Below the pieces are notes generated by a model. It did no database searches and had not been told where the DNA came from. It worked only from the letters and a program-made list of their open reading frames with translations. Position numbers and translations under genes: made by a program. A DNA stretch of 64,000 bases from Candidatus Binatia bacterium (GTDB lineage: Bacteria > Desulfobacterota > Binatia > UBA1149 > JAJCZL01), in NCBI GenBank assembly GCA_028278325.1, contig JANQEO010000157.1, positions 8,533 through 72,532 on the forward strand. Direction: 5' to 3'. Of this stretch, positions 29,507 to 39,576 are shown piece by piece. Numbering within the stretch: the first letter of the stretch is position 1; every line of letters starts with the position of its first letter.

Positions 29507-31542
29507 CGACGCTGCTCTCCAAAACAGCCTTGGTGCTGACGCTGATCCTCAGCGCGACCTCGCTCGTGCCCGAAGCAGAAGCGGAGCAGAAGGCGACCGC
29601 CGCACAGCCCGCCGACACCATCACGATCAACTTCGAAGAGGTCGAACTACCGGTCTTCGTGAAGTTCATCAGCCGTGTTACGCAGCGCAACTTCGTCTTC
29701 ACCGAGAAGGTCGCCGGGGTGGTCACCGTGGTTTCCCCGACTCCGGTGTCGGTGGCGGAAGCCTACCAGGTCTTCGAGTCGGTCCTCGCCGTGCGTGGGC
29801 TGACCACCGTCGACGACGGCGTCATCACGCGCATCGTGCCCGTACGCGAAGCCCGCGGCGCAGCGACCGTCATTACGGGGCCTGCCCAAGGCGAGGCCTT
29901 CGTGACGCGCTTGATACCCCTGCGCTTCGTTGACGTAGGTGCCTTGTCGGAGAGCCTCAACCCTCTCGTTTCCAAGGAAGGCTCGTTGGTCGCCTACCGA
30001 CCGAGCAATACGCTCATCGTGACAGACACCGCGAGCAACACCACTCGAATCGCCGACGTCATCAGGGCCCTCGATGTCGAGGGACGTGACGATACCGTCG
30101 AGGTGATTCCCCTACAGCACGCCGACGCCGCCACCGTCGCCGATCACATAAAGGAGATCCTCGCACGCGAAACACGCGGCCGAGCCGCGGCAAAAGGCGC
30201 CCCGGCCGCTCCGGGAGAGGGAGGCATCAAAGTCGTGGCGGACGAGCGCACCAACTCTCTGGTCGTGAGCGCAGGCGTACTTACCCTGCGCAAGATCAGG
30301 GCGCTGGTCATCGACCTGGATACTCCGTTGATGGCGGACGAAGGGCGCCTCACGGTCTACTACGCCAAGCACGCGGACGCCGAAGCTCTCGTGGAAGTCG
30401 TATCGGGGATGATCTCGGCCGGCCGTAGGCGCGGCGGCAAGGGCGGGGACGGACCGACGGCTGCGTCGGGCTCGCTCGGGCTGGCGGAAGACGTTTCGCT
30501 AAGTGCGGACCCGGCCACCAACGCCATCCTCATCGACGCCTCCACCCAGAACCAGAAAGTCCTGATAGGCTTGCTGGAGAGCCTCGACATTCAACGGCCT
30601 CAGGTCTTCGTCGAAGCGATCATAGTCGAAGTCTCCCTCGACCGCGCCAAAGAACTCGGCTTCGAGTTCCAGGCCGGCGGTGACATCGGCGACGGCGTCG
30701 GTCTGGCATCGACCAATCTCGCTAACCTGGGCGACATAACGTCGGGTGCCGCCAACCCCTTCTCGCTGTCGGGGTTGGTGCTGGCCGCGGCTAGCGACAA
30801 GACCGTCGAGATCAACGGCGTCGAGATCCCTGCCAACATAGCACTGTTCCGCGCTCTGCAGGCCGACAGCAACGTCGAAGTGCTGTCGGCGCCCACCCTG
30901 CTGACTCTCGACAATCAACAAGCCGAGATCGTCGTCGGCCAGAACGTGCCCTTCGTCACCAGCCGAGGTGCGGACAGCACCAACCTCGGTAACGTGTTCA
31001 CCGAGATCGAACGACGGGATGTCGGTATAACATTGAGGGTCACGCCTCAGGTGTCGGAAGGCGACGTGGTTGTCCTGACCGTCGAGGAGGAAGTCTCTCA
31101 GATACTTCCGAACCCACAGCTCGATGCCACCGAGGTCGGCCCCACGATCACACGCCGAGCGGCATCGACGACTGTCAGCATCAACGACGGCCGTACCGCG
31201 GCCATTGGAGGGCTCATAAGCGACCAACTCACCGACGTTCGCTCCCAGGTCCCCATCCTCGGCGATATCCCCATCGTGGGCGAGCTGTTCAAGTCGAGCA
31301 GAAAAGAAACGGAGAAGGTAAACCTCATCGCTTTCCTCACTCCCCATGTCATCAGAGACGCCGAGGACCTGCGTCGGGTGACCCAACACCGCAAGGAAGA
31401 GCACGAACGCAGCCTGGAAGATCCCGACTACGACCCGGCTCACGCTTTCGGCGACCCCGATCCCGAAGCCGACGACGACTGGGTTCCCGACACCGAAACC
31501 ACGGAATCGCAAGGCTCCGAAAGCGCCGTGCCGGCGCAATGA
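29503..31542 (+). CDS. gspD: Type II secretion secretin GspD
   Basis: N0-N3 domains (DERTNSL), QVFVEAIIVEV, P-L-TLDN, VPILGDIP. Confidence 0.95.
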   Translation: MTTLLSKTALVLTLILSATSLVPEAEAEQKATAAQPADTITINFEEVELPVFVKFISRVTQRNFVFTEKVAGVVTVVSPTPVSVAEAYQVFESVLAVRGLTTVDDGVITRIVPVREARGAATVITGPAQGEAFVTRLIPLRFVDVGALSESLNPLVSKEGSLVAYRPSNTLIVTDTASNTTRIADVIRALDVEGRDDTVEVIPLQHADAATVADHIKEILARETRGRAAAKGAPAAPGEGGIKVVADERTNSLVVSAGVLTLRKIRALVIDLDTPLMADEGRLTVYYAKHADAEALVEVVSGMISAGRRRGGKGGDGPTAASGSLGLAEDVSLSADPATNAILIDASTQNQKVLIGLLESLDIQRPQVFVEAIIVEVSLDRAKELGFEFQAGGDIGDGVGLASTNLANLGDITSGAANPFSLSGLVLAAASDKTVEINGVEIPANIALFRALQADSNVEVLSAPTLLTLDNQQAEIVVGQNVPFVTSRGADSTNLGNVFTEIERRDVGITLRVTPQVSEGDVVVLTVEEEVSQILPNPQLDATEVGPTITRRAASTTVSINDGRTAAIGGLISDQLTDVRSQVPILGDIPIVGELFKSSRKETEKVNLIAFLTPHVIRDAEDLRRVTQHRKEEHERSLEDPDYDPAHAFGDPDPEADDDWVPDTETTESQGSESAVPAQ

Positions 31543-33263
31543 TACCCGACATGGCGGCCAGCGGCGTCGAGGTCTCACTGGACAACCTTTTGTTGCGGGC
31601 CGGCGTGACGCGGCAACAGCTCGACGAAGCCCGCTCCCGTGCCGCAGGCGAAGGAGGCCTGGGAGCGTCACTGGAAAAACTCGGCGCACTTTCCCAGGTA
31701 AGGTGGGCGGCAATCCTGGCCGAATGCTTGGGGCTTGCCTGCTCGCGTAGCATCGACGAAGCGTCCATCGAGCCCCCGGTGCTCGAAGCCGTCACCATGC
31801 AGTTCTGCCGCAAGAACCACGTGCTGCCGCTTCGCATCGATGAAGACAGAGTAGTCGTTGCCACCTCCGATCCGCTGCGTCTCGGTCCCTTGGACGATCT
31901 ACGGGTCATATACTCCCGAGAAGTCGATCCGGTCGTCGTGCCGGCACCGATGCTGGCGGATACCATCAACCGGGCTTTTGACCGCGCGGCTTCGGAAAGC
32001 ACGGACATGCTCGACATCCTCGACGTCGGCGGCGAGACCGAACTCGAAGGCGGAGACCTGTCGGTTCCGGACCTGCTTGAATCCGACGACGAGGCGCCCA
32101 TCATTCGGCTGGTCAACACCCTGATCTTCCAGGCGGCCAAGAACGGGGCCAGTGACATCCACATCGAGCCTTACGAACAAGCGAGCTCTGTACGATTTCG
32201 CATCGACGGGATCCTCGACGAAGTTCTGCGGCCGCCTCGCCGCGTACACGCCGCCGTGACCTCGAGAATCAAGGTCATGGCGGCCATGGATATCGCCGAG
32301 AGACGTCTTCCCCAGGACGGCGGCATACGCACCCGCGTGGCCGGCCGACACCTCGACATCCGCATATCCACCGTCCCGACGCCCTTCGGTGAACGGGTCG
32401 TGATGCGTCTACTCGACCGCAGCGCGACACTGTTGGGGATCGGCGAACTCGGCCTGGCTTCGGGAGATCTCGAGACCTTCAAGCGCCTGATCGCGCAAAC
32501 CCACGGCATAGTTCTTGCCACCGGCCCGACCGGAAGCGGCAAGACCACCACGCTCTATGCGGCGTTGTCCGACATCAACTCGGAAGAAAAGAACATCATC
32601 ACCATCGAGGACCCGATCGAATACCGCCTCGACGGTGTAGGGCAGATACAGGTCAACCCCAAGATCGACTTGACCTTCGCCAACGGGCTGCGCTCCATCC
32701 TACGCCAGGACCCCGACGTGATAATGGTCGGAGAGATTCGTGACTCGGAGACCGCGCGAATCGCGATCCAGGCGTCCCTGACCGGCCACCTCGTCTTCAG
32801 CACGCTGCATACCAACGATGCCTTCGGAGCCGCCACTCGCCTTCTCGACATGGGCATCGAGCCTTTCCTGGTGAGTTCCTCCGTCATCGGCATCGTGGCG
32901 CAAAGATTGGTCCGCAAGCTCTGCGGGCAGTGCAGCCAACTCGTCAGCGTGGCCGAGAGCGGGATGGCGGAACTCGGCCTCGGCTACATGCTCGGTGACA
33001 ACTCGAGATTACGAACGGCCGGGCCCGGCTGTGATGCTTGCCGCGGCACCGGCTACTCGGGCCGAACGGCCATATACGAGATGCTCGTGGTCGACGACGC
33101 GATTCGTGCGCAGATCATGAAGAGAGCCGACGCTGCGGCCCTCCGAGAGTCGGCAATCGCTCGTGGGGTTTCCACCCTGCGCTCATCAGGCGCAGACAAG
33201 GTTCGCCAGGGAGTCACCTCCGTGGAGGAAGTGCTCCGCGCCACGAGCGACGACTTCGACTGA
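31539..33263 (+). CDS. gspE: Type II secretion ATPase GspE
   Basis: ASDIHIEP, GPTGSGKTTT, EDPIE, LRQDPD, TGHLVFSTLH, tetracysteine motif. Confidence 0.96.
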   Translation: MIPDMAASGVEVSLDNLLLRAGVTRQQLDEARSRAAGEGGLGASLEKLGALSQVRWAAILAECLGLACSRSIDEASIEPPVLEAVTMQFCRKNHVLPLRIDEDRVVVATSDPLRLGPLDDLRVIYSREVDPVVVPAPMLADTINRAFDRAASESTDMLDILDVGGETELEGGDLSVPDLLESDDEAPIIRLVNTLIFQAAKNGASDIHIEPYEQASSVRFRIDGILDEVLRPPRRVHAAVTSRIKVMAAMDIAERRLPQDGGIRTRVAGRHLDIRISTVPTPFGERVVMRLLDRSATLLGIGELGLASGDLETFKRLIAQTHGIVLATGPTGSGKTTTLYAALSDINSEEKNIITIEDPIEYRLDGVGQIQVNPKIDLTFANGLRSILRQDPDVIMVGEIRDSETARIAIQASLTGHLVFSTLHTNDAFGAATRLLDMGIEPFLVSSSVIGIVAQRLVRKLCGQCSQLVSVAESGMAELGLGYMLGDNSRLRTAGPGCDACRGTGYSGRTAIYEMLVVDDAIRAQIMKRADAAALRESAIARGVSTLRSSGADKVRQGVTSVEEVLRATSDDFD

Positions 33264-33268
33264 GTTTC

Positions 33269-34486
33269 ATGGCGACCTTCTCGTATAACGGCGTGTCCAC
33301 GGCCGGACGCCGCGTGTCGGGAATCATCGACGCCGAAAGCGTGCGATCGGCGCGCGCCAAGTTGCGCGAACAAGGCATACTCGCGTCCGACTTCAGCGAA
33401 GACGCCGACGCTGCGGCGAGTTCCCGTATCACCGGAGGCCCGTTCCGGAGGCGCGTGTCCACGCATGAGCTTGCACGCACGATGCGGCAGTTGGCGACCC
33501 TGTTGGCGGCAGGAATTCCTCTCGCTGACGCCGTCAAGTCCATGCGCAATCAGCAAAGCGGCCCTGCCCTGCGCGCCACTCTCGATTCGGTCCTCTCGCA
33601 CATTCTCGAAGGAGGCAGCCTCGAAGAGGCCATGACCCGTTTCCCTCAGGTGTTCCCCGCGATCTACACCGGCATGGTGAGGGCGGGAGAGGCAACCGGG
33701 ACCCTCGACAAGGTGCTCGTTCAGATAGCCGAGCACGCCGAAGCCACGAGCCGCATGCAGGCGAGGATGCGCGCCGCGACCACCTACCCCTTGATCATGG
33801 CGATAGTCGGCGGGGCGATAGTCCTGTTCCTGCTAGCGTACGTCGTCCCGCAGGTAACGCGCGTCTTCGCGGAATCGGATCAGGCCCTACCTCTGCCCAC
33901 ACGGGTGCTGATCGGTCTGGCCGACTTCGCCGGCGCCTATTACGTCTACGTCTGCGTAGCCGCGATCATCGGCGCCTTGGGCCTTCGCTACTACGCTCGA
34001 ACCCACGGCGGCCGCCGACGTCTCGAACGAATTCTCGTCGCCCTTCCCTTTCTGGGAGGCTTGGTCTCCGACGTCTGGATGTCACGGTTCGCGCAAACGA
34101 TGTCGTCCATGCTCGCAGGCGGCCTCCCCCTCGTGGAAGCTCTGCGGGTGAGCAGGGACGTAGTCGGCAGTGCGCTGGTCGCCGACGAACTGTCGAGAGC
34201 CGAGAAAGCGGTTACGGAGGGCGAAGCCCTCGCCGCGTCCCTTCGCTACAGTCCGATGTTCAGCGACATGATCGTCGACATGATCGACGTCGGGGAACGG
34301 AGTTCGGAACTCGAGTCCATGCTCGGGCGGGCCTCGTCGATCCTGGACGAAGACGTGCAGGCGCGCTTCGAAACCATGGCTACCCTACTGGAACCGGCAA
34401 CGATCGTGACGATGGCGGCCATAGTACTGTTCATCGTTCTGGCGGTGCTTCTCCCCGTCTTTGAGCTCAATCAGCTCGTTCGGTAG
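33269..34486 (+). CDS. gspF: Type II secretion inner membrane protein GspF
   Basis: QLATLLAAGIPL, GEATG, YP, EP motifs; ATG 33269. Confidence 0.94.
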   Translation: MATFSYNGVSTAGRRVSGIIDAESVRSARAKLREQGILASDFSEDADAAASSRITGGPFRRRVSTHELARTMRQLATLLAAGIPLADAVKSMRNQQSGPALRATLDSVLSHILEGGSLEEAMTRFPQVFPAIYTGMVRAGEATGTLDKVLVQIAEHAEATSRMQARMRAATTYPLIMAIVGGAIVLFLLAYVVPQVTRVFAESDQALPLPTRVLIGLADFAGAYYVYVCVAAIIGALGLRYYARTHGGRRRLERILVALPFLGGLVSDVWMSRFAQTMSSMLAGGLPLVEALRVSRDVVGSALVADELSRAEKAVTEGEALAASLRYSPMFSDMIVDMIDVGERSSELESMLGRASSILDEDVQARFETMATLLEPATIVTMAAIVLFIVLAVLLPVFELNQLVR

Positions 34487-34496
34487 AATGCCGCTC

Positions 34497-34910
34497 ATGT
34501 CGCAGCGCGGCTTCACGCTCATCGAGATTCTCGTCGTAGTCATGATCCTCGGCCTGCTGATTTCGCTGGCCGCACCGCGAATCATCGGACGTACGGACGA
34601 GGCGCGCGTAACGAAAGCCATGGCCGACATCCGTGCCGTCGAGGAAGCGCTCAACCTGTACAGGCTCGACTCGGGCTTCTATCCGACGTCGGAACAAAGC
34701 CTTACGGCTCTGGTGGAAAAGCCCACGAGCGGACGTGAGCCCAAAGGCTGGCGCAAGGGCGGTTATCTGGAACGGGTCCCGCTCGATCCGTGGCAAAACG
34801 AGCTCATCTACGCCAGCGACGGCACGTCCTATGTATTGAGGAGCCTCGGCGCCGACGGAGAAGAGGGCGGCGAAGACCTCGACGCCGACATCGACTCCCG
34901 CGACTTCTGA
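34497..34910 (+). CDS. gspG: Major pseudopilin GspG
   Basis: G|FTLIE prepilin site, YRLD-G-YP, DPW, SLGADG. Confidence 0.95.
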   Translation: MSQRGFTLIEILVVVMILGLLISLAAPRIIGRTDEARVTKAMADIRAVEEALNLYRLDSGFYPTSEQSLTALVEKPTSGREPKGWRKGGYLERVPLDPWQNELIYASDGTSYVLRSLGADGEEGGEDLDADIDSRDF

Positions 34911-34917
34911 GCCGACA

Positions 34918-35436
34918 GTGAACGACCGACCGCCGGGCTTCACGCTCGTAGAAGTAGCCCTCGTGCTGCTCATAATGGGCGTCCTCCTGGTCGCACTGGT
35001 CCCTCGACTGCCCGAACTGACCGCTACCCGCAGTGAAGCCAGCGCTGACCGGCTCGCAACCTTGATTTCCTACCTGCACGACGAAGCGTCCCTGCGCGGC
35101 GAGACTTACAGGCTGACCTTGGATCTCGACAAAGACCGCTACAGCGTCGAGGTGCGAGCCGAGGCAGTCGACAACGCCGCCGACGACGACTTCACCGAGC
35201 GCTGGGACCCGTACGCGCGATCCGGCGTCTTGCCCGAAGGAGTGCGCCTGATTTCTCTCACTTCGGCTACCGGCGTACAACGCAGCGGCGCATTCGAACT
35301 GCTGTTCGCTCCCGAAGGCAACAGAGAGGACGTGGCGATAGTGTTGGGCGACGGCGGCGACCGTACCTACGCACTCGACTATCGTGCGATAACGGGCCGC
35401 GTCGACGTTCGGGCGGCAGGCCCGGGGTCCCGGTAA
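34918..35436 (+). CDS. gspH: Minor pseudopilin GspH
   Basis: G|FTLVE prepilin motif; position after gspG. Confidence 0.85.
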   Translation: MNDRPPGFTLVEVALVLLIMGVLLVALVPRLPELTATRSEASADRLATLISYLHDEASLRGETYRLTLDLDKDRYSVEVRAEAVDNAADDDFTERWDPYARSGVLPEGVRLISLTSATGVQRSGAFELLFAPEGNREDVAIVLGDGGDRTYALDYRAITGRVDVRAAGPGSR

Positions 35437-35444
35437 AGAACTCG

Positions 35445-35867
35445 GTGACTGACGACACATCACGAAACGGCTTTACCCTCTTGGAGGTGCTGGTCGCAGT
35501 GACGATCCTCGGCGTCGCCGTCGTCAGCCTTGCCGGCCTGCACGCCCGCAACATCCGACTGATGAACAGAAGCCAGGACATGAACGTGGCGGCGATGCTC
35601 GCGTCCAGACTGACCGCGTCGACGAGGGCTCGCGGGGCACCGGACCTCGGGACGACCCAGGGAGACTTCGACGAAGGCTTGGCTCTGCGCACACGCAGCG
35701 ACAGAGAATTCACGACGACATCCGAGGATAGATTCGTATGGCAGATCACCGTCGAACCCACTCTCGAGCCCACCATCCGCGAGGTCACCGTCTCCGTTCG
35801 GCTGCGTGGTGAGGAAGACAGCCTCGTAGATCTCACCTACCTGAGCGGGGACACCGGTAGAAGATGA
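35445..35867 (+). CDS. gspI: Minor pseudopilin GspI
   Basis: G|FTLLEVLVA; size and position. Confidence 0.85.
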   Translation: MTDDTSRNGFTLLEVLVAVTILGVAVVSLAGLHARNIRLMNRSQDMNVAAMLASRLTASTRARGAPDLGTTQGDFDEGLALRTRSDREFTTTSEDRFVWQITVEPTLEPTIREVTVSVRLRGEEDSLVDLTYLSGDTGRR

Positions 35868-36595
35868 CGCGTCGTCACGGTCCACCACTGCCCTCGGGTC
35901 GACGAGATGCCGGCCTCACCCTCCTCGAGCTACTCATAGCGGTTGCCATTCTGGGAATCATCGCGGGCGGACTCTACGGCACCTTCTCCAGGACCGTCAC
36001 GACTCAAACTCTCGTACGAGAGCGGGCTACTTCTCTGGCTACGTCGAGGGCTATCTTCGACTGGCTCGAAAGCGATCTGCGTGGCGCTTTCGACACGGGC
36101 ACATACGGCGACCGGATCCCACGGTTCTTCGCAAACGGTCAGCCCGCGCTTTCGAACTTGTACGAACGCGCCGTGATCCTCGACCTGACGGCCGTTACCT
36201 CGCGGGCCACCACCCCGCTGAACGGGCGCATGCCGCAGCGGAACACGGGGACCGACCGGGGCGACCAGATTCGCGTAGCGTACCGGATCGAGAAGGAGGA
36301 GGAGGCCGATGACGGTCCACCCGGTTTCTCTCTGGTTCGCTACGAGCTGCGCCCCCCGCGGCATGACATCTTCGAGCGCGGGTCACGAGCCGTCATAGCT
36401 ACGGGCATCGAAGAGCTGTCGCTTCGATTCTGGGACGGCGTCCAGTGGTTGGAAGCATGGGACTCGACGCTTCCCGGGCGTCAGGCCGGCAGTGTGCCCC
36501 GTATGGTACAAACCACGGTGCACCTGCCCCTGCGCGACGCTCCGAGTCTCGAACTCAGCTCCGCGCTCTATGTCGCGGCTGCCGATGAAGGCTGA
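35864..36595 (+). CDS. gspJ: Minor pseudopilin GspJ
   Basis: G|LTLLE, DL, W..W..P..V C-terminal pattern. Confidence 0.85.
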   Translation: MTRRHGPPLPSGRRDAGLTLLELLIAVAILGIIAGGLYGTFSRTVTTQTLVRERATSLATSRAIFDWLESDLRGAFDTGTYGDRIPRFFANGQPALSNLYERAVILDLTAVTSRATTPLNGRMPQRNTGTDRGDQIRVAYRIEKEEEADDGPPGFSLVRYELRPPRHDIFERGSRAVIATGIEELSLRFWDGVQWLEAWDSTLPGRQAGSVPRMVQTTVHLPLRDAPSLELSSALYVAAADEG

Positions 36596-36602
36596 GGCAC
36601 CA

Positions 36603-37631
36603 ATGACCTGCGGCAACAAGACCGAACGTGGGGTGGCCCTTCTGATCGTCCTACTGGCAACGGCCCTGCTGACCGTGGTCATCATGGAATTCACATACTC
36701 GAGTCAGGTGGAATACCGGCGTACGGCCACCTGGGTCACCGCCAAGAAGGCAGCGCTGCTCGCCGAGTCCGGAGTGCTCGTAGCTGCTCGCGCACTGGAA
36801 TACGACTCCTTGCTCGATCGTCTCGAACCGCCCGCGTCGGACTCCCTCGACGAGTTCTGGGCCAAGCCCTGGGAGGTGCCGGTGGGTGACGGCGCCGTGT
36901 TCATCCGCATCGAGGACGAATCAGCCCTGTTCAACCTCAACCAGTTAATGCAGGTCAGGCTGACTGACAGCGTCGTCCTGATGCGAGCGCGTGAACTCTT
37001 CGAGCGAAGTCGCGTAGACCCCGCCACGCTCGGCCCCATAATCGATTGGCTCGACCGCGACTCCTCTACGTTCGTGCTTCCGACCGGCGCGGAGCAGGAG
37101 TACTACAGGGGACTGGACCCCGGCTATAGCCCGAGGAACTCCGGCCTGCGAACCTTCTCGGAACTGGCATTGGTCAGGAATGTCGGCCCCAGGGACCTGT
37201 ACAGGCTTCGCAGAGTGGCCGGCATCAGAGATCTCGGCGACACGCGCATCAACATCAACACGGCGCCGATCGAGGTCCTATTGTCGCTGCACGTAGCGAT
37301 GGATGAGTTGGCGGTCGCCGCCATCGTCGATCGCCGTAGCGAGGAGCCCTTCACGGCTCCCGCCCAGTTCACTGAAATCGAAGCTCTGCAGGGCATTCCG
37401 TTGGCAAGCCTCGTGAAGTTCACGAGCGATGTCTTCCGTGTCCGCGCGACCGGAGCCATCGATGGGGTGTATCAGTCGGTGGAGGCGTTGATTCGTCGCA
37501 CCAGTGGCAGGTCCAGTATAGTGTATTCAACCGCACGCCGCGGGCCGAACGTCCCACTGGGTGAACGTCAGACCGCGGCCGGGCTCGACGATCTGGAAGG
37601 GCTTACCGAGAAGCAGCAGCTGGAGTTCTGA
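36603..37631 (+). CDS. gspK: Minor pseudopilin GspK
   Basis: RG|VALLIVL (no E5), DES..NLN, IIDWLD, ININTAP. Confidence 0.9.
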   Translation: MTCGNKTERGVALLIVLLATALLTVVIMEFTYSSQVEYRRTATWVTAKKAALLAESGVLVAARALEYDSLLDRLEPPASDSLDEFWAKPWEVPVGDGAVFIRIEDESALFNLNQLMQVRLTDSVVLMRARELFERSRVDPATLGPIIDWLDRDSSTFVLPTGAEQEYYRGLDPGYSPRNSGLRTFSELALVRNVGPRDLYRLRRVAGIRDLGDTRININTAPIEVLLSLHVAMDELAVAAIVDRRSEEPFTAPAQFTEIEALQGIPLASLVKFTSDVFRVRATGAIDGVYQSVEALIRRTSGRSSIVYSTARRGPNVPLGERQTAAGLDDLEGLTEKQQLEF

Positions 37632-37633
37632 AC

Positions 37634-39025
37634 TTGAGCAGTCGGATTCTGGGCGTACACCTCACCTCGCGGCGCATGTGCATCGCAGCTGCCGAATCGA
37701 CACTCGGGTCCGTCAAGGTCACGACCATCGTCGACTTTGGTCTCGACAAGGCCACGAGCATGGCGAGGATGATCTCGGATCAGAGTTGGGACCGGGTCAT
37801 CGCCAGCCTACCCGGCGACGCGGCCGCCTTCCGCTTCCTCGACTTTCCTTTCCGCGACAAGAGACGTCTGGATCAGGCGGTGGGGTCCGCACTGGAAGAG
37901 CATGTCCCCCTCGACCTCGAGAACTCCGTGTGCAGCTACGACTTCTCCTCTCCGGCCAAGTCAGGGCGCGTCCTTGCCGCGATGGCGGATAGTCAGGCCG
38001 TTTCGGCCCAGCTGGCGGCTCTTGCCGAACACGGCGTCGAACCTTCCAGGCTGGTCTGGGCGCCTCCGGCGGCGATCAACGTATACAGGAAGGCCTGCGG
38101 TCCGCGCGGTGCCTATACCGCCGTCGATGTCAGTGCGGACGGCGCGATCGTAGGGGTGATCGAAGACAACGAACTGCAAGCCCTTCGCATCCTCAGGCAC
38201 TGCCCCGAAGGCATGCTGGTTCGCAACCTCGCGTGGACGATTCGGACGATCAGCCCGGCGGGCGATCGCCTCGTTCTCGGCGGTCCTGCGGCGGGTAACC
38301 TGACATCAGCCCTCGGAGAGGCGCTCCCCGACCGCAAGCTCGAAGCGTTGCCCGAGGAGTGCCCTCTAAAGGTAACGGGTGCTCCTACCTCGGACTGGCG
38401 TGCCGCTGCACCCGCCGTGGGCCTCATCATGGCCGCTCACGAAGGCGCCGGGGAGCCCGTGATCGACTTCTCCCTCCCCGCCCGGAGCGAATCCCGCTCC
38501 TACTTCGGCGCACCCACCGAAACGCGCGCCACCGCGACTTGGGCCGCGGCCGCTGTCGTGCTGGCACTCACGGCCAACGTCCTGGAATACACGCGCTTGT
38601 CGGGGCAACGACGTGACCTGAGACAGCAGGCCGAGAGCATCTACCAGGGTGCCATGCACAGCCAAGCCGCCGGGCCGGGGATGACGCTCAAGATGGAAAT
38701 GCGCCTCAAGGAGCTGCAGCGCCGTACCCAAGAGGGAGCAGGCGGAATGGGAACCTCCTCTCCGCTCAAGGTTCTCGCACTCTTGTCGGCGGCCATACCC
38801 GGCGACCTCGAAGTCGAGTTCGACACCTTCGTCACCGATCCTCCCAATCTCAAGTTTACCGGGCGAGGACCGTCCTTCGAGGCCGTGACCAAGCTCCAGG
38901 AGTCTCTGGAGGGAAACGAGAACTTCGCGACAATAGAGGTGCGCGACGTCCGGGCGGCAGTGGACGGATCTGGCGTGGACTTCCAGCTTCTCATGAAGGT
39001 AGGCGACATACAGAGGCCCACGTGA
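37634..39025 (+). CDS. gspL: Type II secretion protein GspL
   Basis: Actin-like cytoplasmic domain, TM, PilN-like periplasmic domain; position after gspK. Confidence 0.8.
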   Translation: MSSRILGVHLTSRRMCIAAAESTLGSVKVTTIVDFGLDKATSMARMISDQSWDRVIASLPGDAAAFRFLDFPFRDKRRLDQAVGSALEEHVPLDLENSVCSYDFSSPAKSGRVLAAMADSQAVSAQLAALAEHGVEPSRLVWAPPAAINVYRKACGPRGAYTAVDVSADGAIVGVIEDNELQALRILRHCPEGMLVRNLAWTIRTISPAGDRLVLGGPAAGNLTSALGEALPDRKLEALPEECPLKVTGAPTSDWRAAAPAVGLIMAAHEGAGEPVIDFSLPARSESRSYFGAPTETRATATWAAAAVVLALTANVLEYTRLSGQRRDLRQQAESIYQGAMHSQAAGPGMTLKMEMRLKELQRRTQEGAGGMGTSSPLKVLALLSAAIPGDLEVEFDTFVTDPPNLKFTGRGPSFEAVTKLQESLEGNENFATIEVRDVRAAVDGSGVDFQLLMKVGDIQRPT

Positions 39026-39576
39026 ACCAACTCCTTCAACAGCTTCTGGGACTTCTTGCCCGGCTCAACCCCCGCGAGCAACGGCTGGTGATCGCGTTCG
39101 CCGCGCTTCTGGTGCTTGCGGTCGCCTATCTCGCCGTCGTAGAGCCCCTCGTGATCGGTCGACAGAGACTTCACGCGAGCATCGAGAAGCTGCGTGAGGA
39201 CATCGGACACATGCAACGGCTCTCCAACCGCATCGCCGTTCTCGAAACGACATTGCCTGGCAAGTCGGATGTAGCGGACAGCGACGCGGACTTCTCCCTG
39301 TTTTCGTTCATCGACAAAGTAACGGCCGCATCCGTCGAGGCGGACTCGATCGAATCGATGAACCCTAGCCGCCGCAAGACAGCCGACGGCAGCGACGAGG
39401 TCTATGTCGAGATCAAACTGAGCCGCGTCAGCCTTCGGGCGGTCGTGGCGCTGCTGCGCGGCATCGAAGAATCGGGACGGCCCGTGTCGATCAGACAGCT
39501 GGAGATGCGCCGCAAGTATGACGACAAGACGCGTTTCGACCTCACGCTGGTAGCCGCGACGTTGGAACCGGCATGA
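39022..39576 (+). CDS. gspM: Type II secretion protein GspM
   Basis: LNPREQR-TM-P, coiled coil; position. Confidence 0.82.
   Translation: MNQLLQQLLGLLARLNPREQRLVIAFAALLVLAVAYLAVVEPLVIGRQRLHASIEKLREDIGHMQRLSNRIAVLETTLPGKSDVADSDADFSLFSFIDKVTAASVEADSIESMNPSRRKTADGSDEVYVEIKLSRVSLRAVVALLRGIEESGRPVSIRQLEMRRKYDDKTRFDLTLVAATLEPA

Noticed and set aside
30499-31713. 404-aa minus-strand ORF
   Set aside because: Antisense to gspD
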